From: a virus
IMG/VR virus record: IMGVR_UViG_3300025669_000020
Span: 41,614-105,613 of that record
Direction: 5' to 3' (one strand)
DNA: 64,000 nucleotides
Position numbers and translations under genes: made by a program. Of the stretch, positions 28,023 through 37,507 are shown one piece after another. The notes under the pieces were generated by a model. It ran no database searches. It was not told where the DNA came from and saw only the letters and a program-made list of their open reading frames with translations. Numbering within the stretch: the stretch's first letter is position 1; every line of letters begins with the position of its first letter.

Positions 28023-29834
28023 ATGCCCCGCGTAGCTGGAATCTTCGAGGCACCCCCCGCCATGCTCAAGTCATTCTTGGGCTGGGCGGTGCCTTTGTAT
28101 GCGGGGCACGTGCTGGCCCAGACAGAAGCCCGCCTTCAGCTCCTGCGGAACCAAGAACAAATCTACTTGGATGCCGTGAAGGAGATGGAGCGCACCCAGC
28201 GGAATCTGGAACATATTGTGGATGCTTTGGAGGTGGGTGGGGAATTCACTTTCCACACCTACAGAGTGCTGCCGAGTGGGAAGCTCTACTCGTTTATCCA
28301 CGGGGCTCAGCGTCGTCTTGATGGGATTCCTGATTCAACGGGGAAGCCTGTACGGTTCTATGCGGTAGGGAAGGGCAGGAAGCGGCTGAAGTACCCCCGC
28401 TGGAGTAACAACACTCGCAAGAATGCCCTGTACTACTTGAGGGGTGATTTGCAGAGCGGCCTCGCTTTCATGGAGGCGGGGATCACGCAGTTCCGTGAGA
28501 GGGGGGACGACCCCGGCTCGGCTTTGGTAGACAATATTCTTCTTCGGCGTGAGTGCCTCAAGCACACATCCAAGGCCAAGGAATACGCCACTAAGACCAA
28601 GCGCAAGCTCCCCGTAAATCTCTCTGGGTGGAGGTATGCTCAGGCCACAGCCAAGGAACTGGCTGCAATCGAGTACAAGAACATCACGGTGATTCTGGAC
28701 TTCAAGGGGCACAGCACTCGTGGTGGTATTTGGAGGCCCGGCCAGAAAGAGTTGCAGGTGGACGTGCTCCACCCCATCCCCTTGACGGTAGCCGAGTTCC
28801 GGGTGGGTCTGGAAAGCATCCAGGAAGTAGCCCGTCATGAGCTACAGCATGTAGGTCAATTCCTGCTGAAAGAGCTGCGGGGTTTGGGGGAGATTGGTGG
28901 TATCCCAGGTGCTTCCGTGCGGGACACCTCTCGGGATGTGTATGGGTTCCCGGCAGATCCCAAGTATGTGCGCCGCCAAGACGAACATGAGCTTCGAGAT
29001 GTGGAGTTCTACACGGACCTCGCGGACGAGGTTCCCAATTTCATGCGGGCTATCCGCAAGGTCTCTCCTGAGGATCAGCAGGTGGCTTTCCGCACTTGGA
29101 CAGGGTTGCAAAAATGGGAACGTACCATGAGCCCCAAGGTGGGGGAGAGCACCTTCTTCCGCAGGTTGCACACATGGAACAAGGCAAAATGGGTGAGAGC
29201 TGTGGGTGAATTCCTGAAGGCCGTTGAGAAGAAAGGCTACCGAGCCCCCTCAGCCTTCCGTGTGGCCTCCCGTCACGTGGCATCGTATTTCAGCATCGGG
29301 GACCATGTCCTCTTTGGGAAGTACAAGAACAAGAAGGGCAAAGTCATTGCTGCCTACCTGGATGAGAAGGGTCACCCCGTGGTGGAGATTGAGCCTGTCC
29401 CCAAGGGCAGGAAGCAGAACAAGATCGTCCAGCTCTACCGCATTTGGCATGCACCCGCGTCCCCCAAGATGGCCAACCAAGACTGGTCCCGACCCTCTGC
29501 TGTGCGCGTAGCCCAGGCTCGCGATGAGGGCTCCAAGGATTTCTTCGACAACCCCATGCGGTCATCGGTGAGGGACTTTGCCCTGTCCAATGCCATCACC
29601 AACGAGCCGGCTGTGGCTCAGCAGTCCCTGGATGATGGGCTCATCACAGAGACTGAAGAAGAGCGGGTGGATGACGCCCCTCTCACCCCATCGGAATCGG
29701 TACAGGAGCCTGGTGGGAAAGAGTTCTCTACCCTGGCGCAGTACCTGATCGAGACCGACACCCCCACCGTAGAGCCCGTGTCCCAGGGGTTTGCCGATAT
29801 TCCTAAGTCCAAGAACTTGGCGGAGGAGGGGTAG
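28023..29834 (+). CDS. Polyprotein: zincin-like (HELQH), KOW/SH3-like module, acidic tail
   Basis: ARHELQHVGQ..EFY; IGDHVLFGKYKNKKGKV. Confidence 0.65.
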   Translation: MPRVAGIFEAPPAMLKSFLGWAVPLYAGHVLAQTEARLQLLRNQEQIYLDAVKEMERTQRNLEHIVDALEVGGEFTFHTYRVLPSGKLYSFIHGAQRRLDGIPDSTGKPVRFYAVGKGRKRLKYPRWSNNTRKNALYYLRGDLQSGLAFMEAGITQFRERGDDPGSALVDNILLRRECLKHTSKAKEYATKTKRKLPVNLSGWRYAQATAKELAAIEYKNITVILDFKGHSTRGGIWRPGQKELQVDVLHPIPLTVAEFRVGLESIQEVARHELQHVGQFLLKELRGLGEIGGIPGASVRDTSRDVYGFPADPKYVRRQDEHELRDVEFYTDLADEVPNFMRAIRKVSPEDQQVAFRTWTGLQKWERTMSPKVGESTFFRRLHTWNKAKWVRAVGEFLKAVEKKGYRAPSAFRVASRHVASYFSIGDHVLFGKYKNKKGKVIAAYLDEKGHPVVEIEPVPKGRKQNKIVQLYRIWHAPASPKMANQDWSRPSAVRVAQARDEGSKDFFDNPMRSSVRDFALSNAITNEPAVAQQSLDDGLITETEEERVDDAPLTPSESVQEPGGKEFSTLAQYLIETDTPTVEPVSQGFADIPKSKNLAEEG

Positions 29835-30386
29835 ATGGCTTCCATTACAGGCTCCTTGAGCAATGACGTAGAGCTGATGTTCCCAGGGGACAGGTTCCCC
29901 GTTTCGGCAGGCCCCACCATGATCGCCAATGGTTGGCGTGGAGGCATCTGGGTCATGTATGTCACCTCCGCCCTGGGTGATTTCGTGGTGGAGACCAGCG
30001 ATGGCACAATGACCTGTGGGTTCCTCCTGTTCCAGAGTGAGCAGTACCCCGCGACCCACATCCTGGAAGGCTCCCCCGGCAACTGGCTGGCTGGCCAGCC
30101 ACGGAGCTGTCAGGCAACCAGTGTGGTCACCCTGATCAGTGGTGGCACCCGTGCCTATTTCCGCAGATACGAGACCATCGCTCTCGCTGCTGGCACCAGG
30201 TCAGGTGGGCCAATCACCTATGCGCTGCAGGACACGTTGAAGGTGTCCGAGAACGGGTTGCTCTGCAATGACTCTGATGCCGCCTTGGCAGCGGCGGGTA
30301 TTGCCACTCCTGTCGTGGTCGGCATTGTGAGTGCAACACCCTCCACAGCCAATGAGGTCCGCCTAGGGGCGGACGTTAAGTACTGA
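29835..30386 (+). CDS. Virion structural protein (decoration-like)
   Basis: beta-rich; ITYAL.D.LKVSENGLLC resembles ITYTTG..LAASRNGFLC of 41799..42464. Confidence 0.55.
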   Translation: MASITGSLSNDVELMFPGDRFPVSAGPTMIANGWRGGIWVMYVTSALGDFVVETSDGTMTCGFLLFQSEQYPATHILEGSPGNWLAGQPRSCQATSVVTLISGGTRAYFRRYETIALAAGTRSGGPITYALQDTLKVSENGLLCNDSDAALAAAGIATPVVVGIVSATPSTANEVRLGADVKY

Positions 30387-32395
30387 TGCCCTCTGCTCCC
30401 ACCCGCGTTGCAGGACGGTTCCTGGAGGCCACCAGGCCCGTGTGCAGGACCAAGGAGGGGTGGGACATCACGTTCAAGGTACTTGTTGATGACCCCCATG
30501 ATCAGATGGGGGTGAAGAAGGGGCACAAGAACCAGCGGGTGGTGGCTTTCATAGAGGGGCAGGAAGTGGGCTACCTCAAGTGGTCCTACATCCCCGAGCA
30601 GGTGTGGGAGCGCCGCTACCCTACGGTGTGGCACTACAGGCGTGATTTTGTAGGGTCCTGGTACGACGCAGAAGGCCAGGACTTGAATGATCTGGAGACC
30701 CTCTGGACACTACTGTTCCAGCATCCCCGCTACTACGGCGAGCCCCGTGAGAAGCCTGACGTGCGGGGCATGAAGAGGGACATCAAGCGGTATCTCAAAC
30801 AGCACCCACAGCTCTCTCCAGCATATGTCAAGTCACGGGAGTTCTGGGTAGATCGGCCCCTGGTCACATATGTGCATGTGGAACCAGCTTGGAGACGACA
30901 CAAGGTAGGGCTTGCCCTTTACACATACGCAGCACGGTGGTTGGCGAAGAAGGGTTTTCCTCTCTATGGGGACACTCTCCAGACAGCAGATGCCAAGGGG
31001 GTTTGGAAGAAGATGCGGAAGCTCAAGCGTATTCCCGTGAAGAACACGGAGTTCGAGCATGGCGGCAAACCTCGTGATCGGATTGATTATCGTCGCGTTG
31101 CCTCCCGGTTCATCTCCAAGCACGCGTGCATCATCGCAGTTGGTGACTGGGAGGGGAGCCGTTGTCTACTGAAGGTGCGGGATCGGAACTACCGTCCTGA
31201 CCTGGACGTGATCCACAAGGTCAAGGCCGGGGTGGAGCTGCTCTATGTCCACGACAAGAAGACGGGCTGGGTAGAGGGGCTGAATGAACACGGGATCGGG
31301 ATCGTGAACACCTCCCTCCTGGTGATCCGGGATGAGAACGAGGTTGACCTGACCACCTCGGAGGGGAAGAAGCTCAAGGACGGCACTCGTATCCGTGAGG
31401 CTCTGACCAAGAAGACCCTGGATGATGCGGTGGACTCCATCTGCAACTACGAGGGTGGGCTCATGGGCCACACCTTCCTCAGTGATGGGGAGACCACCAT
31501 CGTTGTGGAGCACACCATCAAGCACGATTGCAAGACCACGGTGCTCACGGGGGCAGATGTTGTTGTCCGAACGAACCATGGTGTCTCCCATGAGGACGCC
31601 GGGTACACAGACGGGAAGGACGCGGAGTCCTCTCACAAGCGGTCTGATGATGCAGAAGCTGCGCTCTCTGGGGTCAAGAAGATCGAGGATTTGGCTCCTA
31701 CCTTGATGGAGGCTCGGGGTCGGAAGAAGGACCCCAACAACATGGTGCGGAACACCGCCAACATGCGTACCACGTCCCAGATGCTGCTCGACCTGGACAA
31801 CCTGACATTGTACCTCTACCTGATCCCAGGGAAGGTGCAGTGGAAGGGGTACGTGAACAAGATGCCCAAGGGTCGGAAGCCGAAGCTCAAGCTTCAGGTG
31901 CTCCGGTACAAGGACGGGGACAGCCTTGATCTCGAACCAGTCCTGAAACAGGCCCACGTGGAGCCCATGGTGCAGATGGAAGACCATGGCTCTGATGAGG
32001 TGATATTCTACCTGAGGGACAGGAACACCGATAAGGTGTTGGCCGACCTCATCCTCACCGCTATGGATCCCCCCGGCTACTGGTTCGTGGGTCATTCCGG
32101 AGCCCTTGTGCGGGGACAGGGGTATGGCACCGAGCTGTACATGGCTGCCATCAAGTACGCCACGGAACAGGGACACGGGGTGGTGTCCGATGAGGAAGCC
32201 ATTGCCTCAGCCAAGGCAGCACGCAGGTATGTGCGGCGACGCGGGGTGCATTTTCAGGACGGCTCCGTGTACAAGACACGCAGATCCTTCCTGACCTTCT
32301 GCCTGGGGTATCCAGAGGAGGAGGATGCTCACGACATCAGGGACGCGGTGGTGATGACCTCTCGCAAGGGTGCTGCCTACCCCTCGGAGAGATGA
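30386..32395 (+). CDS. Polyprotein: GNAT + Ntn hydrolase (C45/CBAH-like) + GNAT
   Basis: VHVEPAWRRHKVGLALY; CIIAV..LLKVRDRNY, EGLNEHGIGIVN, VRTNHG, RTTSQ; RGQGYGTELY. Confidence 0.75.
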   Translation: MPSAPTRVAGRFLEATRPVCRTKEGWDITFKVLVDDPHDQMGVKKGHKNQRVVAFIEGQEVGYLKWSYIPEQVWERRYPTVWHYRRDFVGSWYDAEGQDLNDLETLWTLLFQHPRYYGEPREKPDVRGMKRDIKRYLKQHPQLSPAYVKSREFWVDRPLVTYVHVEPAWRRHKVGLALYTYAARWLAKKGFPLYGDTLQTADAKGVWKKMRKLKRIPVKNTEFEHGGKPRDRIDYRRVASRFISKHACIIAVGDWEGSRCLLKVRDRNYRPDLDVIHKVKAGVELLYVHDKKTGWVEGLNEHGIGIVNTSLLVIRDENEVDLTTSEGKKLKDGTRIREALTKKTLDDAVDSICNYEGGLMGHTFLSDGETTIVVEHTIKHDCKTTVLTGADVVVRTNHGVSHEDAGYTDGKDAESSHKRSDDAEAALSGVKKIEDLAPTLMEARGRKKDPNNMVRNTANMRTTSQMLLDLDNLTLYLYLIPGKVQWKGYVNKMPKGRKPKLKLQVLRYKDGDSLDLEPVLKQAHVEPMVQMEDHGSDEVIFYLRDRNTDKVLADLILTAMDPPGYWFVGHSGALVRGQGYGTELYMAAIKYATEQGHGVVSDEEAIASAKAARRYVRRRGVHFQDGSVYKTRRSFLTFCLGYPEEEDAHDIRDAVVMTSRKGAAYPSER

Positions 32396-32892
32396 TGCCC
32401 ACTCTGACCCCTACCGGGCAGTCCGCCATGATGGATGGTGTTGTGTGGCTGGGTGATGTGCGGAAAGACCTCTTCATCCACTTCACCACACAGGAGAGGG
32501 CGGATCAGATCCTGGCAGCAGGCAAGCTCCTGATGAACCCTCCCTACAAGAAGTTCGGGACGGATGCCGTCAACGCAGTCTCCCTCAAGTGGGGGTGGTG
32601 GTCACCTGGGGTGCAGATGAAGCACCTGGGTTCCAAGGCTGACCTTGTGGGGATCGTGTTCCAGACATCCGTGGTCCCCGAGCGGGGGTATGTGGAAGAG
32701 ATCATCTGGAAGCGGGACGTACCCCTCAGGGGTGCCAAGGTGGTGCCTTTGTCCCAGGGTGCCTCGATGCTCCGGCGCACCCCAGAGCGCATCGCGGAAG
32801 ACGACATGGTGGTCTACAAGGAATCCCAGCTCCGTACAGCCGGGCTGGAGGTTGCCTGGGGGATGTGCTGTCGCGGTAATCCCTCTATTTAG
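32392..32892 (+). CDS. Putative ADP-ribosyltransferase-fold protein
   Basis: FIHFT..A..I...G.L, AVS, YVEEIIW pattern (H-S-E type). Confidence 0.5.
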   Translation: MMPTLTPTGQSAMMDGVVWLGDVRKDLFIHFTTQERADQILAAGKLLMNPPYKKFGTDAVNAVSLKWGWWSPGVQMKHLGSKADLVGIVFQTSVVPERGYVEEIIWKRDVPLRGAKVVPLSQGASMLRRTPERIAEDDMVVYKESQLRTAGLEVAWGMCCRGNPSI

Positions 32893-32905
32893 TCACCGCT
32901 GGTAG
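32874..32905 (+). promoter_or_regulatory. Putative phage late promoter motif
   Basis: CGGT-aatccct-CTAT-N13-GTAG. Confidence 0.6.
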
Positions 32906-32914
32906 AGGAACCCT

Positions 32915-35900
32915 ATGCCCACTGTCGATAAAGTAGCTGCCCGTTGGCTGGAAGCGCGCCAGGATCCCCTGGACGAGAAGTACATCCAGAAGCTCCGCAA
33001 GGAGTTCCTGATGCTCCTTCGGAACGCGGACAGGGCCAAGACTTTCGACACCCCCACAGCGGAGAAGTACCGCAAGGCTGTGGTTCGGTGGCGGGAGATG
33101 TTCGAGCTTTATGGGGGGCAGATTCGGGAGGACCTGAAGGGTAGAGAGCGTGCAGCCAAGAGCGGTTATGGGAAGAACACCAAGGCCAATGAACAGTGGG
33201 CACATTGGTATCTGGAACACATGAAGCCTTTCTGGGAAATGCACTATGAGCTGGGTAATGTTCCCGCGGTGCCAGACCTGCGCGCTGGTACTTCAGGAGG
33301 GCCTTTCGAAGACCCCGAGGTGGTGGAGGCCCGGCTTGTAGATTTTTATGAGACGCGCTATCCAGAGAGGGATGCCAAGAGGGAGGTTGAGCGGTATCTC
33401 TGGAGTTCCCCGCTCTGGACACGGAAGCAGGCAGAGGCGGATTCTCTGGAGCGTTGGGCGGAAATCACTCGCAAGTGGGCTGCACGGGCTCGGAGCAAGG
33501 CTCGTGCAACGTGGAAGTATCTCACTGATCTGGGCAACTGGGCTGCAGAGTCCGGTGGGGGTGGGGAGGCCATTGCATTGACCACGACCCAGGATGAGAG
33601 GGTGAGCCTGGAAGGTTTCTCCCTGCTTTTCCGGGGGTTCGATGATGCTGGCTCGAACCAGGAGTATTTGGAGGCACTGAAGGCAGCCCTGGCCAAGTAC
33701 AAGCAGAAGGCACGTAAGCACCTGCCTCTTCTTCTGAAGAAACAACTCCCATTCGTGGTGAACTGGTCCTGGGCCAAAGACCATGGAAGCGCCGCCGCCA
33801 CCTACAACGGCGACCACATCGAGATCACTCCTTGGGGGTTGACTTCCAACACTGACAACATGGTGCGGACATTGGCTCATGAGATGGGCCACCACCTCTA
33901 CGACATCCTGGGTCGGGAGAAGCAGCACTTCTGGGAAAGTGCCCTCCGTGGGGACTACAAGAAGCTGGATTTGCGGCATGCAGTCAAGGTCATGAAGTCT
34001 GTGGGGGCTAGCACCACCATCAGTGACAAGCTGGCTCAGAAGGACCCCATCCTCTATCTGCAGTTGGGCACCCTCCTGAACCATCATGGCTACAAGGGTT
34101 TGGACTTGTTCGGGCTGAAATCCATTGAGGAGTATTTGGCAGATCCGGAGAACAGTCCCATTGTTATAGTGCCTGCCTCTCCAATCTCAGCGTATGCGGG
34201 AACGAGTGCCTCAGAGGCTTTCTGTGAGGCTGTCGGGCACCTGGTGGCCTACGGCAAGAACCGGCTGCCTGACAAGGTGTTGGGTTGGATGAAGATCATG
34301 CTTCCCCATGTGAAGTTCGGGGCAGAGCGGCTTGGCCCCAACACCCCGCTGATGGAACACGGCAAGGTCAAGGTCAAGTACCGGGTGAAGAGCAGTGGCA
34401 AGGGCGTCGCTGTGACGGTCTATTATGGCCGTGGGAAAATTGGTGGGATGAATGCTTTTGTCACCAAATACCCCGAACGGGATTACTGCGGAGATGACGT
34501 TTGGAAGCTCCTGAAGAAGTACCCACAGGTTGAGGACACCAGCCGTGGTAGGTGGACACCAAATGGCGGGGAAGAGCGCACCAACACGAGGGGTCTCCAA
34601 GTCTACAAGGCATTCCTCACCGATGAAAGCAAGCAGGGGTTGGGCATTGGCAGGGCGATGTACCTGGCGATGATGGCGGAGTGGTTCGATAAGGTTGGGC
34701 CCTTCCTGTTCATGCCTATGGTCTGTGGGTTGGGTACATCGGGGACATCTGCCGCAGCTTTCCGTGTGTGGAAGTCTCTGGCACGGGATTTCCCCTCCAG
34801 CGGCAATGTGATTGCAGTGCTTCGGCGTCCTCGGTTGCCTTCCCCCTCCAAGGTAGCACACAGGTTCATGGGAGATTCTTCTCTTCACCCTGTGAGGGGT
34901 ATCTCCACGCATGACGGGGACGGGCGTCCTCTGCGGCAGCCCTCTGGTTTGTTGCGTATGATGCCTGACTATGGAGAGGGCGGAGCCAATCTCCCTCGTG
35001 GGAATCCTGGTGAGGTCGAAGAGGTGTGCGAGGAACTGCAGGCTATGGGGATGCGGGTGGCAGCATATGATCTGATTACAGACCTCATGCCTAAAGAGAT
35101 GGACACATTCAGAATCGGACCTTTGCACATCAGTATTTCTCCTGGGTATGACAAGTTCCAACGCCTGTTCACCCGGCAGATGGCTGCTGCCCTCCAGCAG
35201 CACAAGAAGCTCCTCCCAGAAATGCAAATCCGAGCAGCAAATGTGGTGCTTGTACACTCCCGAGGTTGGGGTGAGGATCTGGCGGGCGACTATGACGACG
35301 GGACGATCCGGATCCTATTCAAGAACAGCCCTGCCGCTGTGGAGACCGCCTTGCACGAGATCGGGCATCAGCTGTGGGATCACAACAGTGGTTTGCGGAG
35401 CCAGTGGCGTATTTTTGACTCGGTTGCATGGGATACCAAGGGGTATCGGATCAATGCTGTAGCTTCGGAGAGCATGGAGGAGCACTTCTGCGAGGCATAC
35501 GCCCTTGTGGTGGGTGGTTCTCTCCGGGGTTGGCGGAAGGAGGCTATTCTGATGGCTATCGAAGGAAAGACCCACCCCAGGATGCAGGCATCCAGAGTGG
35601 CCACACGGTTGGCGGATCGGTTCCTCAGTGCAGCAGCCAAGTACCAGAAGAAGAAGGAAGTCCCCAAGGCTGATGGCAAGGGGACCATGACCGTCTACGA
35701 GTACAGCGACGGGCAGGTTCAGCACCGGAACCGGGAGAAGGCCGAGCGCGTAGAGAAACTACGGGGGAACCTCGACAAGCTCCGTGGCCAGGTGAAGAAA
35801 GACCTCAAGTCCAAGGACCCAAGCACAAGGCTCAGTGCTTTGGCTGTGGGGCTCATGAACGACACCTACGAGCGTGTAGGCAATGCAGGCTCCGCCAAGG

Positions 35901-37318
35901 AAGGACACTTCGGTGTCACCGTGTGGCAGGCCCAGCATGTAACCCTGGGCAAGGGGAAGGCCACCTTCAGCTATGTAGGCAAGAGCGGGGTCAAGCAGAA
36001 GAAGGTCACCTCCGACAAGGCTTTGATCTCTGTGCTGCGTGAAGCCATGAAGGGGAAGTCCGGTACGGATAATGTGTTCTCACTGGACGATGTTTCCGTG
36101 GGTGCTAGCGGGGTGAACGAGTACCTCAAGCAGTTCAACATCACCGCGAAGGACATCCGAGGGCTGCATGCCAACAGGGAGATGCAGACCCGGCTCAAGA
36201 GCGTTCGTTCCAAGGGCGGCAAGCTCCCAGCTGACAAGAAAAAGCGGGATGAGAAGCTCAAGGCGGAGTTCAAGAAGGCTCTGGAGGGAGCTGCAGAGGC
36301 TGTGGGCCATGAGCCCACTACCCTGAAGGGTCAGTACCTCGTGCCTGGGTTGGAGGACAGCTACATCAAGGACGGCACTGTGATGGACAAGCTGCACAAG
36401 AAGGCTCGTGTGGCACTTCCCCCAAGCAAGTGGGTGGATGCGGTGTCTACGGAGCTGGACAGGGCTCAGAAGGAACAGGTCTGGACCGTTTACCACATGA
36501 CCTATGCGACTATCGGAGAACACATTGGGAGCTTGGGGCAGCTCCTGTCCAAGTACAAGCTCCTGTGGTTGATGGATGTCGATGGTGACCAGGAGATCGA
36601 TGCCTTCATCGCCTACAAGAAGACTCCTTTTGGCTACAAGATCGCCCTGGGAGGAACAGACGGCACCAGGGCTGCTGTGAGGGCATTTGTGCGGAAGCAC
36701 CAAGAGTTGATGGTGCGTCCAGGGTGGTATGCAGAGGCATCCGGCAAGCCCGATAAGCTGATGTCCAAGATGGGCCTGCGCCCTCTGGAAGATGAGAGTG
36801 CTGTGCGTGGGGTACTGGTAGGCAAGGACATCGAGTGGGGGCAGGATGGTTGGTACACCCGAACCCTGGGTGGTCTTGGGAAGGTTAAGAAGCGGATGTA
36901 CGGACACCCCATAGTGAGGGGTCGTGCGCTCATGGCCTCCGATGTGGAGTGGGAAGACCTCACAGGGAGGACGCTTACGGGTGAGGTGGTAGACACGGAC
37001 TCCAACGTGTGGATCGTGGCAGATGCCACTGGCAGAGAGCATCACCTGGAAGATGGGTGGGACTTTGTGCGGAGGGTGGCAACCAAGACCCCCGCAGAGC
37101 GTGAGGATGCAGAGGTGGAGCGGCTCAGTCGCAAGGAGCCCAAAGTCAAACCTCCCCGCAAGGATCTCCGCAGGCAGCGTATGGAAGTGGATCAGGAAGA
37201 CGATCCCGACATGAAACAGGACAAAAAGAATCAGTCCCACAATTACAAGGACATAGGGGCAAGCGTGCTTTCTGTGCTGGAACGACAGTACAAATTCAGC
37301 GCCTGGACGGTATGGTAG
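32915..37318 (+). CDS. 1467-aa polyprotein: zincin, GNAT, zincin, DNA topoisomerase IB, further domains
   Basis: HEMGH..EAFCE; KQGLGIGRAMY; HEIGH..EHFCE; TopoIB ERVGN, YVGKSG, TAKDIRG, VGHEP..LKGQYL. Confidence 0.8.
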   Translation: MPTVDKVAARWLEARQDPLDEKYIQKLRKEFLMLLRNADRAKTFDTPTAEKYRKAVVRWREMFELYGGQIREDLKGRERAAKSGYGKNTKANEQWAHWYLEHMKPFWEMHYELGNVPAVPDLRAGTSGGPFEDPEVVEARLVDFYETRYPERDAKREVERYLWSSPLWTRKQAEADSLERWAEITRKWAARARSKARATWKYLTDLGNWAAESGGGGEAIALTTTQDERVSLEGFSLLFRGFDDAGSNQEYLEALKAALAKYKQKARKHLPLLLKKQLPFVVNWSWAKDHGSAAATYNGDHIEITPWGLTSNTDNMVRTLAHEMGHHLYDILGREKQHFWESALRGDYKKLDLRHAVKVMKSVGASTTISDKLAQKDPILYLQLGTLLNHHGYKGLDLFGLKSIEEYLADPENSPIVIVPASPISAYAGTSASEAFCEAVGHLVAYGKNRLPDKVLGWMKIMLPHVKFGAERLGPNTPLMEHGKVKVKYRVKSSGKGVAVTVYYGRGKIGGMNAFVTKYPERDYCGDDVWKLLKKYPQVEDTSRGRWTPNGGEERTNTRGLQVYKAFLTDESKQGLGIGRAMYLAMMAEWFDKVGPFLFMPMVCGLGTSGTSAAAFRVWKSLARDFPSSGNVIAVLRRPRLPSPSKVAHRFMGDSSLHPVRGISTHDGDGRPLRQPSGLLRMMPDYGEGGANLPRGNPGEVEEVCEELQAMGMRVAAYDLITDLMPKEMDTFRIGPLHISISPGYDKFQRLFTRQMAAALQQHKKLLPEMQIRAANVVLVHSRGWGEDLAGDYDDGTIRILFKNSPAAVETALHEIGHQLWDHNSGLRSQWRIFDSVAWDTKGYRINAVASESMEEHFCEAYALVVGGSLRGWRKEAILMAIEGKTHPRMQASRVATRLADRFLSAAAKYQKKKEVPKADGKGTMTVYEYSDGQVQHRNREKAERVEKLRGNLDKLRGQVKKDLKSKDPSTRLSALAVGLMNDTYERVGNAGSAKEGHFGVTVWQAQHVTLGKGKATFSYVGKSGVKQKKVTSDKALISVLREAMKGKSGTDNVFSLDDVSVGASGVNEYLKQFNITAKDIRGLHANREMQTRLKSVRSKGGKLPADKKKRDEKLKAEFKKALEGAAEAVGHEPTTLKGQYLVPGLEDSYIKDGTVMDKLHKKARVALPPSKWVDAVSTELDRAQKEQVWTVYHMTYATIGEHIGSLGQLLSKYKLLWLMDVDGDQEIDAFIAYKKTPFGYKIALGGTDGTRAAVRAFVRKHQELMVRPGWYAEASGKPDKLMSKMGLRPLEDESAVRGVLVGKDIEWGQDGWYTRTLGGLGKVKKRMYGHPIVRGRALMASDVEWEDLTGRTLTGEVVDTDSNVWIVADATGREHHLEDGWDFVRRVATKTPAEREDAEVERLSRKEPKVKPPRKDLRRQRMEVDQEDDPDMKQDKKNQSHNYKDIGASVLSVLERQYKFSAWTVW

Positions 37319-37397
37319 GGAGTTTCCCACAACCCCCACTGAGTTTCCCCTGGGCTGTCCAAGTTTCGACATACGGGAATTTCAGGGGTTTTTAGGC

Positions 37398-37427
37398 AAA
37401 TAGTCTGTCTATACCCTCCCCTTATGA
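37398..37427 (+). promoter_or_regulatory. Putative phage late promoter motif (variant)
   Basis: AAAT-agtctgt-CTAT-N11-ATGA ahead of head genes. Confidence 0.45.
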
Positions 37428-37507
37428 GCGACAGGCAGACTCCCAAGTGATCTGTCTTGCGCCGCTACAGACAGTCTCACTACAACCCCAGCAACAGGAG
37501 TCGCCCC

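Noticed and set aside
25976-28069. Long minus-strand ORFs (e.g. 697 aa here, 430 aa at 36080, 478 aa at 49189, 438 aa at 41697)
   Set aside because: Antisense shadows of well-supported plus-strand genes in GC-rich DNA; no recognisable motifs
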